Assembly: GCF_009914755.1 (NCBI RefSeq)
Contig: NC_060944.1
Strand: one strand, 5' to 3'
Length of the DNA stretch: 64,000 nucleotides
DNA from: the human T2T-CHM13v2.0 reference genome, Homo sapiens
Part shown: in pieces, positions 26,137 through 38,000 of the stretch
Layout: the number at the start of each line of letters is the position of its first letter
Position numbering within the stretch: the stretch's first letter is position 1
Made by a program: the position numbers and the translations under genes
The notes under the pieces: generated by a model
What the model saw: only the letters and a program-made list of their open reading frames with translations
Databases searched by the model: none
Told to the model about the DNA's origin: nothing

Positions 26137-29100
26137 ATGTCTTCAGATAAACTCTAGACAGAAGCATTCTCAGAAAGTTCTTTGGGATGTTGCATTCAAG
26201 TCACAGAGTAGAACATTCCCATTCATAGAGCAGATTTGAAACACTCTTTTTGTGGTATCTGGAAGTGGACATTTGGAGCGCTTTCAGGCCTATGTTGAAA
26301 AAGGAAATATCTTCCCATAAAAACTAGACGGAAGCATTCTCAGAAACTTATTTGTGATGTGTTTGCTCAACTAACAGGATTGAACCATCGTTTTGAAGGA
26401 GCAGTTTTGAAACACTGTTTTCGTGGAATCTGCAAGTGGATATTTGGCTAGCTTTGAGGATTTCGTTGGAAACGGGATTACATATAAAAAGGAGACAGCA
26501 GCATTCTCAGAAACTTCTTTGTGATGTCTGCATTCAATTCACAGAGTTGAGCATTCCCTTTCATAGAGCAGGTTGGAAACACTCTTTTTGTAGTATCTGG
26601 ATGAGGACATTTGGAGCGCTTTCAGGCGTATGGTGAAAAAGGAAATATCTTCCCGTAAAAACTAGACAGAAGCCTTCTCAGAAGATTATTTGTGATGTGT
26701 GCCCTCAACTAACAGAGTTGAACCTTTCTTTTGATAGAGCAGTTTTGAAACACTCTTTTTGTAAAATCTGCAAGAGGATATTTGGATAGTTTTGAGGATT
26801 TCGTTGCAAACGGGAATGGCTTCATATAAACTCTAGACAGAAGCATTCTCAGAAACTTCGTTGGGATGTTTCGATTGAAGTCCCAGTGTTGAACATTCCC
26901 TTTTATAGAGCAGGTTGGAAACACTCTTTCTGCATTCCCTGGAAGTGGACATTTGGAGCGCTTTCAGGACGACGGTGAAAATGGAAATATCTTCCAAGAA
27001 AATCTAGATAGAAGCAATGTCAGAAACTTTTATGTGATGGATCTACTCAGCTAACAGAGTTGAACCTTTCTTTTGAGAGAGCAGTTTTGCAACACTCTTT
27101 TTGTGGAATATGCAAGTGGATATTAGGGCAGCTTTGAGGATTTCGTTGGAAACGGGAATACATGTAAAAAGCAGACAGCAGCATTCTCAGAAACTTCTTT
27201 GTGATGTTTGCATTGAAGTCACAGAGTTGAACATTCCCTTTGAGAGAGCAGGTTTGAAACACGCCTTTTGTCATATCTGGAAGTGTCCATTCGGAGCGCA
27301 TTCAGGCTTGTGTTGAAAAAGGAAATATCCTCCCATAAAAACTAGACAGAAGCATTCTCAGAAACTTATCTGTGATGTATGTACTCAACTAACAGAACTA
27401 AACCATCGTTTTGAAGGAGCAGTTTTGAAACACTCTTTTTGCGGAATCTGCAAGTGGATATTTGGCTAGCTGGGAGGATTTCGTTGGAAACGGGATTACA
27501 TACAAAAAGCAGACAGCAGCATTCTCAGAAACTTCTTTGTGATGTTTGCATTCAAGTCACAGAGTTGAACATTCCCTTTCATAGAGCAGGTTTGAAACAC
27601 TCTTTTTGTAGTATCTGGATGTGGACATTTGGATCGCTTTCAGGCCTATGGTGAAAAAGGAAATATCTTCCCATGAAAACTAGACAGAAGCATTCTCAGA
27701 AACTTATTTGTGATGTGTGCCCTCAACTGACAGTGTTGAACCTTTGTTTTGATAGAGCAGTTCTGAAACACACTTTTTGTAAAATCTGCAAGAGGATATT
27801 TGGATAGCTTTGAGGATTTCGTTGGAAACGGGAATGTCTTCATGTAAACTCTGGACAGAAGCATTCTCAGAAACTGCTTTGGGATGTTTCAATTGAAGTC
27901 CCAGTGTTGAACATTCCCTTTCATAGAGCAGGTTTGAAACACTCTTTTTGTACTATCTGGAAGTGGACATTTGGAGCGCTTTCAGGTCTACGGTGAAAAA
28001 GGAGATATCTTCCAATAAAAACTAGATAGAAGCAATGTCAGAACTTTTTTCATGATGTATCTACTCAGCAAACAGAGTTGAACCTTTCTTTTGAGAGAGC
28101 AGTTTTGAAACACTCTTTTTGTGGAATATGCAAGTGGGTATTAGGCCAGCTTGGAGGATTTCGTTGGAAACGGGAATACGTATAAAAAGCAGACAGCAGC
28201 ATTGTCAGAAACTACTTTGTGATGTTTGCATTCAAGTCACAGAATTGAACACTCCCTTTCACAGAGCAGGTTTGAAACACTCTTTTTGTAGTGTCTGTAA
28301 GTGAACATTTGGATTGCTTTCAGGCCTAAGGTGAAAAAGGAAATATCTTCCCATAAAAACTAGACAGAAGCATTCTCAGAAACTTGTTTGTGATGTGTGC
28401 CCTCTACTGACAGAGTTGAACCTTTCTTTGCAAAGAGCAGTTTTGAAACACTCTTTTTGTAGAATCTGCAAGAGGATATTTGGATAGCTTTGAGGATTTC
28501 TTGGGAAACGGGAATGTCTTCAGATAAACTCTAGACAGAAGCATTCTCAGAAACTTCTTTGGGATGTTTCAATTGAAGTCACAGTGTTGAACATTCCCTT
28601 TCACAGAGCAGGTTTGAAACACTCTTTTTGTAGTGTCTATAAGTGAACATTTGGCGTGCTTTCAGGCCTAACGTGAAAAAGGAAATATCTTCCCATAAAA
28701 ACTAGACAGAAGCATTCTCAGAAACTTGTTCTTGATGTGTCCCCTCTACTGACAGAGTTGAACCTTTCTTTGCAAAGAGCAGCTTTGAAACACTCTTTTT
28801 GTAGAATCTGCAAGAGGATATTTGGATAGCTTGGAGGATTTCGTTGGAAACGGGTATGTCTTCAGATAAACTCTAGACAGAAGCATTCTCAGAAACTTCT
28901 TTGGGATGTTGCATTCAAGTCACAGAGTAGAACATTCCCATTCATAGAGCAGATTTGAAACACTCTTTTTGTAGTATCTGGAAGTGGACATTTGGAGCGC
29001 TTTCAGGCCTATGTTGAAAAAGGAAATATCTTCCCATAAAAACTAGACGGAAGCATTCTCAGAAACTTATTTGTGATGTGTTTGCTCAACTAACAGGATT

Positions 29101-32100
29101 GAACCATCGTTTTGAAGGAGCAGTTTTGAAACACTGTTTTCGTGGAATCTGCAAGTGGATATTTGGCTAGCTTTGAGGATTTCGTTGGAAACGGGATTAC
29201 ATATAAAAAGGAGACAGCAGCATTCTCAGAAACTTCTTTGTGATGTCTGCATTCAATTCACAGAGTTGAGCATTCCCTTTCATAGAGCAGGTTGGAAACA
29301 CTCTTTTTGTAGTATCTGGATGAGGACATTTGGAGCGCTTTCAGGCGTATGGTGAAAAAGGAAATATCTTCCCGTAAAAACTAGACAGAAGCATTCTCAG
29401 AAGTTTATTTGTGATGTGTGCCCTCAACTAACAGAGTTGAACCTTTCTTTTGATAGAGCAGTTTTGAAACACTCTTTTTGTAAAATCTGCAAGAGGATAT
29501 TTGGATAGCTTTGAGGATTTCGTTGCAAACGGGAATGGCTTCATATAAACTCTAGACAGAAGCATTCTCAGAAACTTCGTTGGGATGTTTCGATTGAAGT
29601 CCCAGTGTTGAACATTCCCTTTTATAGAGCAGGTTGGAAACACTCTTTCTGCATTCCCTGGAAGTGGACATTTGGAGCGCTTTCAGGACGACGGTGAAAA
29701 TGGAAATATCTTCCAAGAAAATCTAGATAGAAGCAATGTCAGAAACTTTTATGTGATGGATCTACTCAGCTAACAGAGTTGAACCTTTCTTTTGAGAGAG
29801 CAGTTTTGCAACACTCTTTTTGTGGAATATGCAAGTGGATATTAGGGCAGCTTTGAGGATTTCGTTGGAAACGGGAATACATGTAAAAAGCAGACAGCAG
29901 CATTCTCAGAAACTTCTTTGTGATGTTTGCATTGAAGTCACAGAGTTGAACATTCCCTTTGAGAGAGCAGGTTTGAAACACGCCTTTTGTCATATCTGGA
30001 AGTGTCCATTCGGAGCGCATTCAGGCTTGTGTTGAAAAAGGAAATATCCTCCCATAAAAACTAGACAGAAGCATTCTCAGAAACTTATCTGTGATGTATG
30101 TACTCAACTAACAGAACTAAACCATCGTTTTGAAGGAGCAGTTTTGAAACACTCTTTTTGCGGAATCTGCAAGTGGATATTTGGCTAGCTGGGAGGATTT
30201 CGTTGGAAACGGGATTACATACAAAAAGCAGACAGCAGCATTCTCAGAAACTTCTTTGTGATGTTTGCATTCAAGTCACAGAGTTGAACATTCCCTTTCA
30301 TAGAGCAGGTTTGAAACACTCTTTTTGTAGTATCTGGATGTGGACATTTGGATCGCTTTCAGGCCTATGGTGAAAAAGGAAATATCTTCCCATGAAGACT
30401 AGACAGAAGCATTCTCAGAAACTTATTTGTGATGTGTGCCCTCAACTGACAGTGTTGACCCTTTGTTTTGATAGAGCAGTTCTGAAACACACTTTTTGTA
30501 AAATCTGCAAGAGGATATTTGGATAGCTTTGAGGATTTCGTTGGAAACGGGAATGTCTTCATGTAAACTCTAGACAGAAGCATTCTCAGAAACTGCTTTG
30601 GGATGTTTCAATTGAAGTCCCAGTGTTGAACATTCCCATTCATAGAGCAGGTTTGAAACACTCTTTTTGTACTATCTGGAAGTGGACATTTGGAGCGCTT
30701 TCAGGTCTACGGTGAAAAAGGAGATATCTTCCAATAAAAACTAGATAGAAGCAATGTCAGAACTTTTTTCATGATGTATCTACTCAGCAAACAGAGTTGA
30801 ACCTTTCTTTTGAGAGAGCAGTTTTGAAACACTCTTTTTGTGGAATATGCAAGTGGGTATTAGGCCAGCTTGGAGGATTTCGTTGGAAACGGGAATACGT
30901 ATAAAAAGCAGACAGCAGCATTGTCAGAAACTACTTTGTGATGTTTGCATTCAAGTCACAGAATTGAACACTCCCTTTCACAGAGCAGGTTTGAAACACT
31001 CTTTTTGTAGTGTCTGTAAGTGAACATTTGGATTGCTTTCAGGCCTAAGGTGAAAAAGGAAATATTTTCCCATAAAAACTAGACAGAAGCATTCTCAGAA
31101 ACTTGTTTGTGATGTGTGCCCTCTACTGACAGAGTTGAAGCTTTCTTTGCAAAGAGCAGTTTTGAAACACTCTTTTTGTAGAATCTGCAAGAGGATATTT
31201 GGATAGCTTTGAGGATTTCTTGGGAAACGGGAATGTCTTCAGATAAACTCTAGACAGAAGCATTCTCAGAAACTTCTTTGGGATGTTTCAATTGAAGTCA
31301 CAGTGTTGAACATTCCCTTTCACAGAGCAGGTTTGAAACACTCTTTTTGTAGTGTCTATAAGTGAACATTTGGCGTGCTTTCAGGCCTAACGTGAAAAAG
31401 GAAATATCTTCCCATAAAAACTAGACAGAAGCATTCTCAGAAACTTGTTCTTGATGTGTCCCCTCTACTGACAGAGTTGAACCTTTCTTTGCAAAGAGCA
31501 GCTTTGAAACACTCTTTTTGTAGAATCTGCAAGAGGATATTTGGATAGCTTGGAGGATTTCGTTGGAAACGGGTATGTCTTCAGATAAACTCTAGACAGA
31601 AGCATTCTCAGAAACTTCTTTGGGAAGTTGCATTCAAGTCACAGAGTAGAACATTCCCATTCATAGAGCAGATTTGAAACACTCTTTTTGTAGTATCTGG
31701 AAGTGGACATTTGGAGCGCTTTCAGGCCTATGTTGAAAAAGGAAATATCTTCCCATAAAAACTAGACGGAAGCATTCTCAGAAACTTATTTGTGATGTGT
31801 TTGCTCAACTAACAGGATTGAACCATCGTTTTGAAGGAGCAGTTTTGAAACACTGTTTTCGTGGAATCTGCAAGTGGATATTTGGCTAGCTTTGAGGATT
31901 TCGTTGGAAACGGGATTACATATAAAAAGGAGACAGCAGCATTCTCAGAAACTTCTTTGTGATGTCTGCATTCAATTCACAGAGTTGAGCATTCCCTTTC
32001 ATAGAGCAGGTTGGAAACACTCTTTTTGTAGTATCTGGATGAGGACATTTGGAGCGCTTTCAGGCGTATGGTGAAAAAGGAAATATCTTCCCGTAAAAAC

Positions 32101-32628
32101 TAGACAGAAGCATTCTCAGAAGTTTATTTGTGATGTGTGCCCTCAACTAACAGAGTTGAACCTTTCTTTTGATAGAGCAGTTTTGAAACACTCTTTTTGT
32201 AAAATCTGCAAGAGGATATTTGGATAGCTTTGAGGATTTCGTTGCAAACGGGAATGGCTTCATATAAACTCTAGACAGAAGCATTCTCAGAAACTTCGTT
32301 GGGATGTTTCGATTGAAGTCCCAGTGTTGAACATTCCCTTTTATAGAGCAGGTTGGAAACACTCTTTCTGCATTCCCTGGAAGTGGACATTTGGAGCGCT
32401 TTCAGGACGACGGTGAAAATGGAAATATCTTCCAAGAAAATCTAGATAGAAGCAATGTCAGAAACTTTTATGTGATGGATCTACTCAGCTAACAGAGTTG
32501 AACCTTTCTTTTGAGAGAGCAGTTTTGCAACACTCTTTTTGTGGAATATGCAAGTGGATATTAGGGCAGCTTTGAGGATTTCGTTGGAAACGGGAATACA
32601 TGTAAAAAGCAGACAGCAGCATTCTCAG

Positions 32629-35005
32629 AAACTTCTTTGTGATGTTTGCATTGAAGTCACAGAGTTGAACATTCCCTTTGAGAGAGCAGGTTTGAAACAC
32701 GCCTTTTGTCATATCTGGAAGTGTCCATTCGGAGGGCATTCAGGCTTGTGTTGAAAAAGGAAATATCCTCCCATAAAAACTAGACAGAAGCATTCTCAGA
32801 AACTTATCTGTGATGTATGTACTCAACTAACAGAACTAAACCATTGTTTTGAAGGAGCAGTTTTGAAACACTCTTTTTGCGGAATCTGCAAGTGGATATT
32901 TGGCTAGCTGGGAGGATTTCGTTGGAAACGGGATTACATACAAAAAACAGAGAGCAGCATTCTCAGAAACTTCTTTGTGATGTTTGCATTCAAGTCACAG
33001 AGTTGAACATTCCCTTTCATAGAGCAGGTTTGAAACACTCTTTTTGTAGTATCTGGATGTGGACATTTGGATCGCTTTCAGGCCTATGGTGAAAAAGGAA
33101 ATATCTTCCCATGAAGACTAGACAGAAGCATTCTCAGAAACTTATTTGTGATGTGTGCCCTCAACTGACAGTGTTGAACCTTTGTTTTGATAGAGCAGTT
33201 CTGAAACACACTTTTTGTGAAATCTGCAAGAGGATATTTGGATAGCTTTGAGGATTTCGTTGGAAACGGGAATGTCTTCATGTAAACTCTAGACAGAAGC
33301 ATTCTCAGAAACTGCTTTGGGATGTTTCAATTGAAGTCCCAGTGTTGAACATTCCCTTTCATAGAGCAGGTTTGAAACACTCTTTTTGTACTATCTGGAA
33401 GTGGACATTTGGAGCGCTTTCAGGTCTACGGTGAAAAAGGAGATATCTTCCAATAAAAACTAGATAGAAGCAATGTCAGAACTTTTTTCATGATGTATCT
33501 ACTCAGCAAACAGAGTTGAACCTTTCCTTTGAGAGAGCAGTTTTGAAACACTCTTTTTGTGGAATATGCAAGTGGGTATTAGGCCAGCTTGGAGGATTTC
33601 GTTGGAAACGGGAATACGTATAAAAAGCAGACAGCAGCATTGTCAGAAACTACTTTGTGATGTTTGCATTCAAGTCACAGAATTGAACACTCCCTTTCAC
33701 AGAGCAGGTTTGAAACACTCTTTTTGTAGTGTCTGTAAGTGAACATTTGGATTGCTTTCAGGCCTAAGGTGAAAAAGGAAATATCTTCCCATAAAAACTA
33801 GACAGAAGCATTCTCAGAAACTTGTTTGTGATGTGTGCCCTCTACTGACAGAGTTGAACCTTTCTTTGCAAAGAGCAGTTTTGAAACACTCTTTTTGTAG
33901 AATCTGCAAGAGGATATTTGGATAGCTTTGAGGATTTCTTGGGAAACGGGAATGTCTTCCGATAAACTCTAGACAGAAGCATTCTCAGAAAGTTCTTTGG
34001 GATGTTGCATTCAAGTCACAGAGTAGAACATTCCCATTCATAGAGCAGATTTGAAACACTCTTTTTGTGGTATCTGGAAGTGGACATTTGGAGCGCTTTC
34101 AGGCCTATGTTGAAAAAGGAAATATCTTCCCATAAAAACTAGACGGAAGCATTCTCAGAAACTTATTTGTGATGTGTTTGCTCAACTAACAGGATTGAAC
34201 CATCGTTTTGAAGGAGCAGTTTTGAAACACTGTTTTCGTGGAATCTGCAAGTGGATATTTGGCTAGCTTTGAGGATTTCGTTGGAAACGGGATTACATAT
34301 AAAAAGGAGACAGCAGCATTCTCAGAAACTTCTTTGTGATGTCTGCATTCAATTCACAGAGTTGAGCATTCCCTTTCATAGAGCAGGTTGGAAACACTCT
34401 TTTTGTAGTATCTGGATGAGGACATTTGGAGCGCTTTCAGGCGTATGGTGAAAAAGGAAATATCTTCCCGTAAAAACTAGACAGAAGCCTTCTCAGAAGT
34501 TTATTTGTGATGTGTGCCCTCAACTAACAGAGTTGAACCTTTCTTTTGATAGAGCAGTTTTGAAACACTCTTTTTGTAAAATCTGCAAGAGGATATTTGG
34601 ATAGTTTTGAGGATTTCGTTGCAAACGGGAATGGCTTCATATAAACTCTAGACAGAAGCATTCTCAGAAACTTCGTTGGGATGTTTCGATTGAAGTCCCA
34701 GTGTTGAACATTCCCTTTTATAGAGCAGGTTGGAAACACTCTTTCTGCATTCCCTGGAAGTGGACATTTGGAGCGCTTTCAGGACGACGGTGAAAATGGA
34801 AATATCTTCCAAGAAAATCTAGATGGAAGCAATGTCAGAAACTTTTATGTGATGGATCTACTCAGCTAACAGAGTTGAACCTTTCTTTTGAGAGAGCAGT
34901 TTTGCAACACTCTTTTTGTGGAATATGCAAGTGGATATTAGGGCAGCTTTGAGGATTTCGTTGGAAACGGGAATACATGTAAAAAGCAGACAGCAGCATT
35001 CTCAG
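32629..35005 (+). repeat. HOR copy 13: 14-mer structural variant (2,377 bp; 342-bp deletion of two monomers)
   Basis: ORF spacing from 32877 to 35254 is 2,377 rather than 2,719. The monomer containing GTCTATAAGTG...GGCGTGCTTTCAGGCCTAACG and the box TTTCGTTGGAAACGGGT are missing from this copy. Confidence 0.97.
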
Positions 35006-38000
35006 AAACTTCTTTGTGATGTTTGCATTGAAGTCACAGAGTTGAACATTCCCTTTGAGAGAGCAGGTTTGAAACACGCCTTTTGTCATATCTGGAAGTG
35101 TCCATTCGGAGCGCATTCAGGCTTGTGTTGAAAAAGGAAATATCCTCCCATAAAAACTAGACAGAAGCATTCTCAGAAACTTATCTGTGATGTATGTACT
35201 CAACTAACAGAACTAAACCATCGTTTTGAAGGAGCAGTTTTGAAACACTCTTTTTGCGGAATCTGCAAGTGGATATTTGGCTAGCTGGGAGGATTTCGTT
35301 GGAAACGGGATTACATACAAAAAGCAGACAGCAGCATTCTCAGAAACTTCTTTGTGATGTTTGCATTCAAGTCACAGAGTTGAACATTCCCTTTCATAGA
35401 GCAGGTTTGAAACACTCTTTTTGTAGTATCTGGATGTGGACATTTGGATCGCTTTCAGGCCTATGGTGAAAAAGGAAATATCTTCCCATGAAAACTAGAC
35501 AGAAGCATTCTCAGAAACTTATTTGTGATGTGTGCCCTCAACTGACAGTGTTGAACCTTTGTTTTGATAGAGCAGTTCTGAAACACACTTTTTGTAAAAT
35601 CTGCAAGAGGATATTTGGATAGCTTTGAGGATTTCGTTGGAAACGGGAATGTCTTCATGTAAACTCTAGACAGAAGCATTCTCAGAAACTGCTTTGGGAT
35701 GTTTCAATTGAAGTCCCAGTGTTGAACATTCCCTTTCATAGAGCAGGTTTGAAACACTCTTTTTGTACTATCTGGAAGTGGACATTTGGAGCGCTTTCAG
35801 GTCTACGGTGAAAAAGGAGATATCTTCCAATAAAAACTAGATAGAAGCAATGTCAGAACTTTTTTCATGATGTATCTACTCACCAAACAGAGTTGAACCT
35901 TTCTTTTGAGAGAGCAGTTTTGAAACACTCTTTTTGTGGAATATGCAAGTGGGTATTAGGCCAGCTTGGAGGATTTCGTTGGAAACGGGAATACGTATAA
36001 AAAGCAGACAGCAGCATTGTCAGAAACTACTTTGTGATGTTTGCATTCAAGTCACAGAATTGAACACTCCCTTTCACAGAGCAGGTTTGAAACACTCTTT
36101 TTGTAGTGTCTGTAAGTGAACATTTGGATTGCTTTCAGGCCTAAGGTGAAAAAGGAAATATCTTCCCATAAAAACTAGACAGAAGCATTCTCAGAAACTT
36201 GTTTGTGATGTGTGCCCTCTACTGACAGAGTTGAACCTTTCTTTGCAAAGAGCAGTTTTGAAACACTCTTTTTGTAGAATCTGCAAGAGGATATTTGGAT
36301 AGCTTTGAGGATTTCTTGGGAAACGGGAATGTCTTCAGATAAACTCTAGACAGAAGCATTCTCAGAAACTGCTTTGGGATGTTTCAATTGAAGTCACAGT
36401 GTTGAACATTCCCTTTCACAGAGCAGGTTTGAAACACTCTTTTTGTAGTGTCTATAAGTGAACATTTGGCGTGCTTTCAGGCCTAACGTGAAAAAGGAAA
36501 TATCTTCCCATAAAAACTAGACAGAAGCATTCTCAGAAACTTGTTCTTGATGTGTCCCCTCTACTGACAGAGTTGAACCTTTCTTTGCAAAGAGCAGCTT
36601 TGAAACACTCTTTTTGTAGAATCTGCAAGAGGATATTTGGATAGCTTGGAGGATTTCGTTGGAAACGGGTATGTCTTCAGATAAACTCTAGACAGAAGCA
36701 TTCTCAGAAACTTCTTTGGGAAGTTGCATTCAAGTCACAGAGTAGAACATTCCCATTCATAGAGCAGATTTGAAACACTCTTTTTGTAGTATCTGGAAGT
36801 GGACATTTGGAGCGCTTTCAGGCCTATGTTGAAAAAGGAAATATCTTCCCATAAAAACTAGACGGAAGCATTCTCAGAAACTTATTTGTGATGTGTTTGC
36901 TCAACTAACAGGATTGAACCATCGTTTTGAAGGAGCAGTTTTGAAACACTGTTTTCGTGGAATCTGCAAGTGGATATTTGGCTAGCTTTGAGGATTTCGT
37001 TGGAAACGGGATTACATATACAAAGGAGACAGCAGCATTCTCAGAAACTTCTTTGTGATGTCTGCATTCAATTCACAGAGTTGAGCATTCCCTTTCATAG
37101 AGCAGGTTGGAAACACTCTTTTTGTAGTATCTGGATGAGGACCTTTGGAGCGCTTTCAGGCGTATGGTGAAAAAGGAAATATCTTCCCGTAAAAACTAGA
37201 CAGAAGCCTTCTCAGAAGTTTATTTGTGATGTGTGCCCTCAACTAACAGAGTTGAACCTTTCTTTTGATAGAGCAGTTTTGAAACACTCTTTTTGTAAAA
37301 TCTGCAAGAGGATATTTGGATAGCTTTGAGGATTTCGTTGCAAACGGGAATGGCTTCATATAAACTCTAGACAGAAGCATTCTCAGAAACTTCGTTGGGA
37401 TGTTTCGATTGAAGTCCCAGTGTTGAACATTCCCTTTTATAGAGCAGGTTGGAAACACTCTTTCTGCATTCCCTGGAAGTGGACATTTGGAGCGCTTTCA
37501 GGACGACGGTGAAAATGGAAATATCTTCCAAGAAAATCTAGATAGAAGCAATGTCAGAAACTTTTATGTGATGGATCTACTCAGCTAACAGAGTTGAACC
37601 TTTCTTTTGAGAGAGCAGTTTTGCAACACTCTTTTTGTGGAATATGCAAGTGGATATTAGGGCAGCTTTGAGGATTTCGTTGGAAACGGGAATACATGTA
37701 AAAAGCAGACAGCAGCATTCTCAGAAACTTCTTTGTGATGTTTGCATTGAAGTCACAGAGTTGAACATTCCCTTTGAGAGAGCAGGTTTGAAACACGCCT
37801 TTTGTCATATCTGGAAGTGTCCATTCGGAGCGCATTCAGGCTTGTGTTGAAAAAGGAAATATCCTCCCATAAAAACTAGACAGAAGCATTCTCAGAAACT
37901 TATCTGTGATGTATGTACTCAACTAACAGAACTAAACCATCGTTTTGAAGGAGCAGTTTTGAAACACTCTTTTTGCGGAATCTGCAAGTGGATATTTGGC

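Larger units (their letters stand above)
2720..32628 (+). repeat. HOR copies 2-12, full-length 16-mers
   Basis: Constant 2,719-bp period in the ORF track (2968 to 32877); copies differ only by a few substitutions. Confidence 0.97.
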
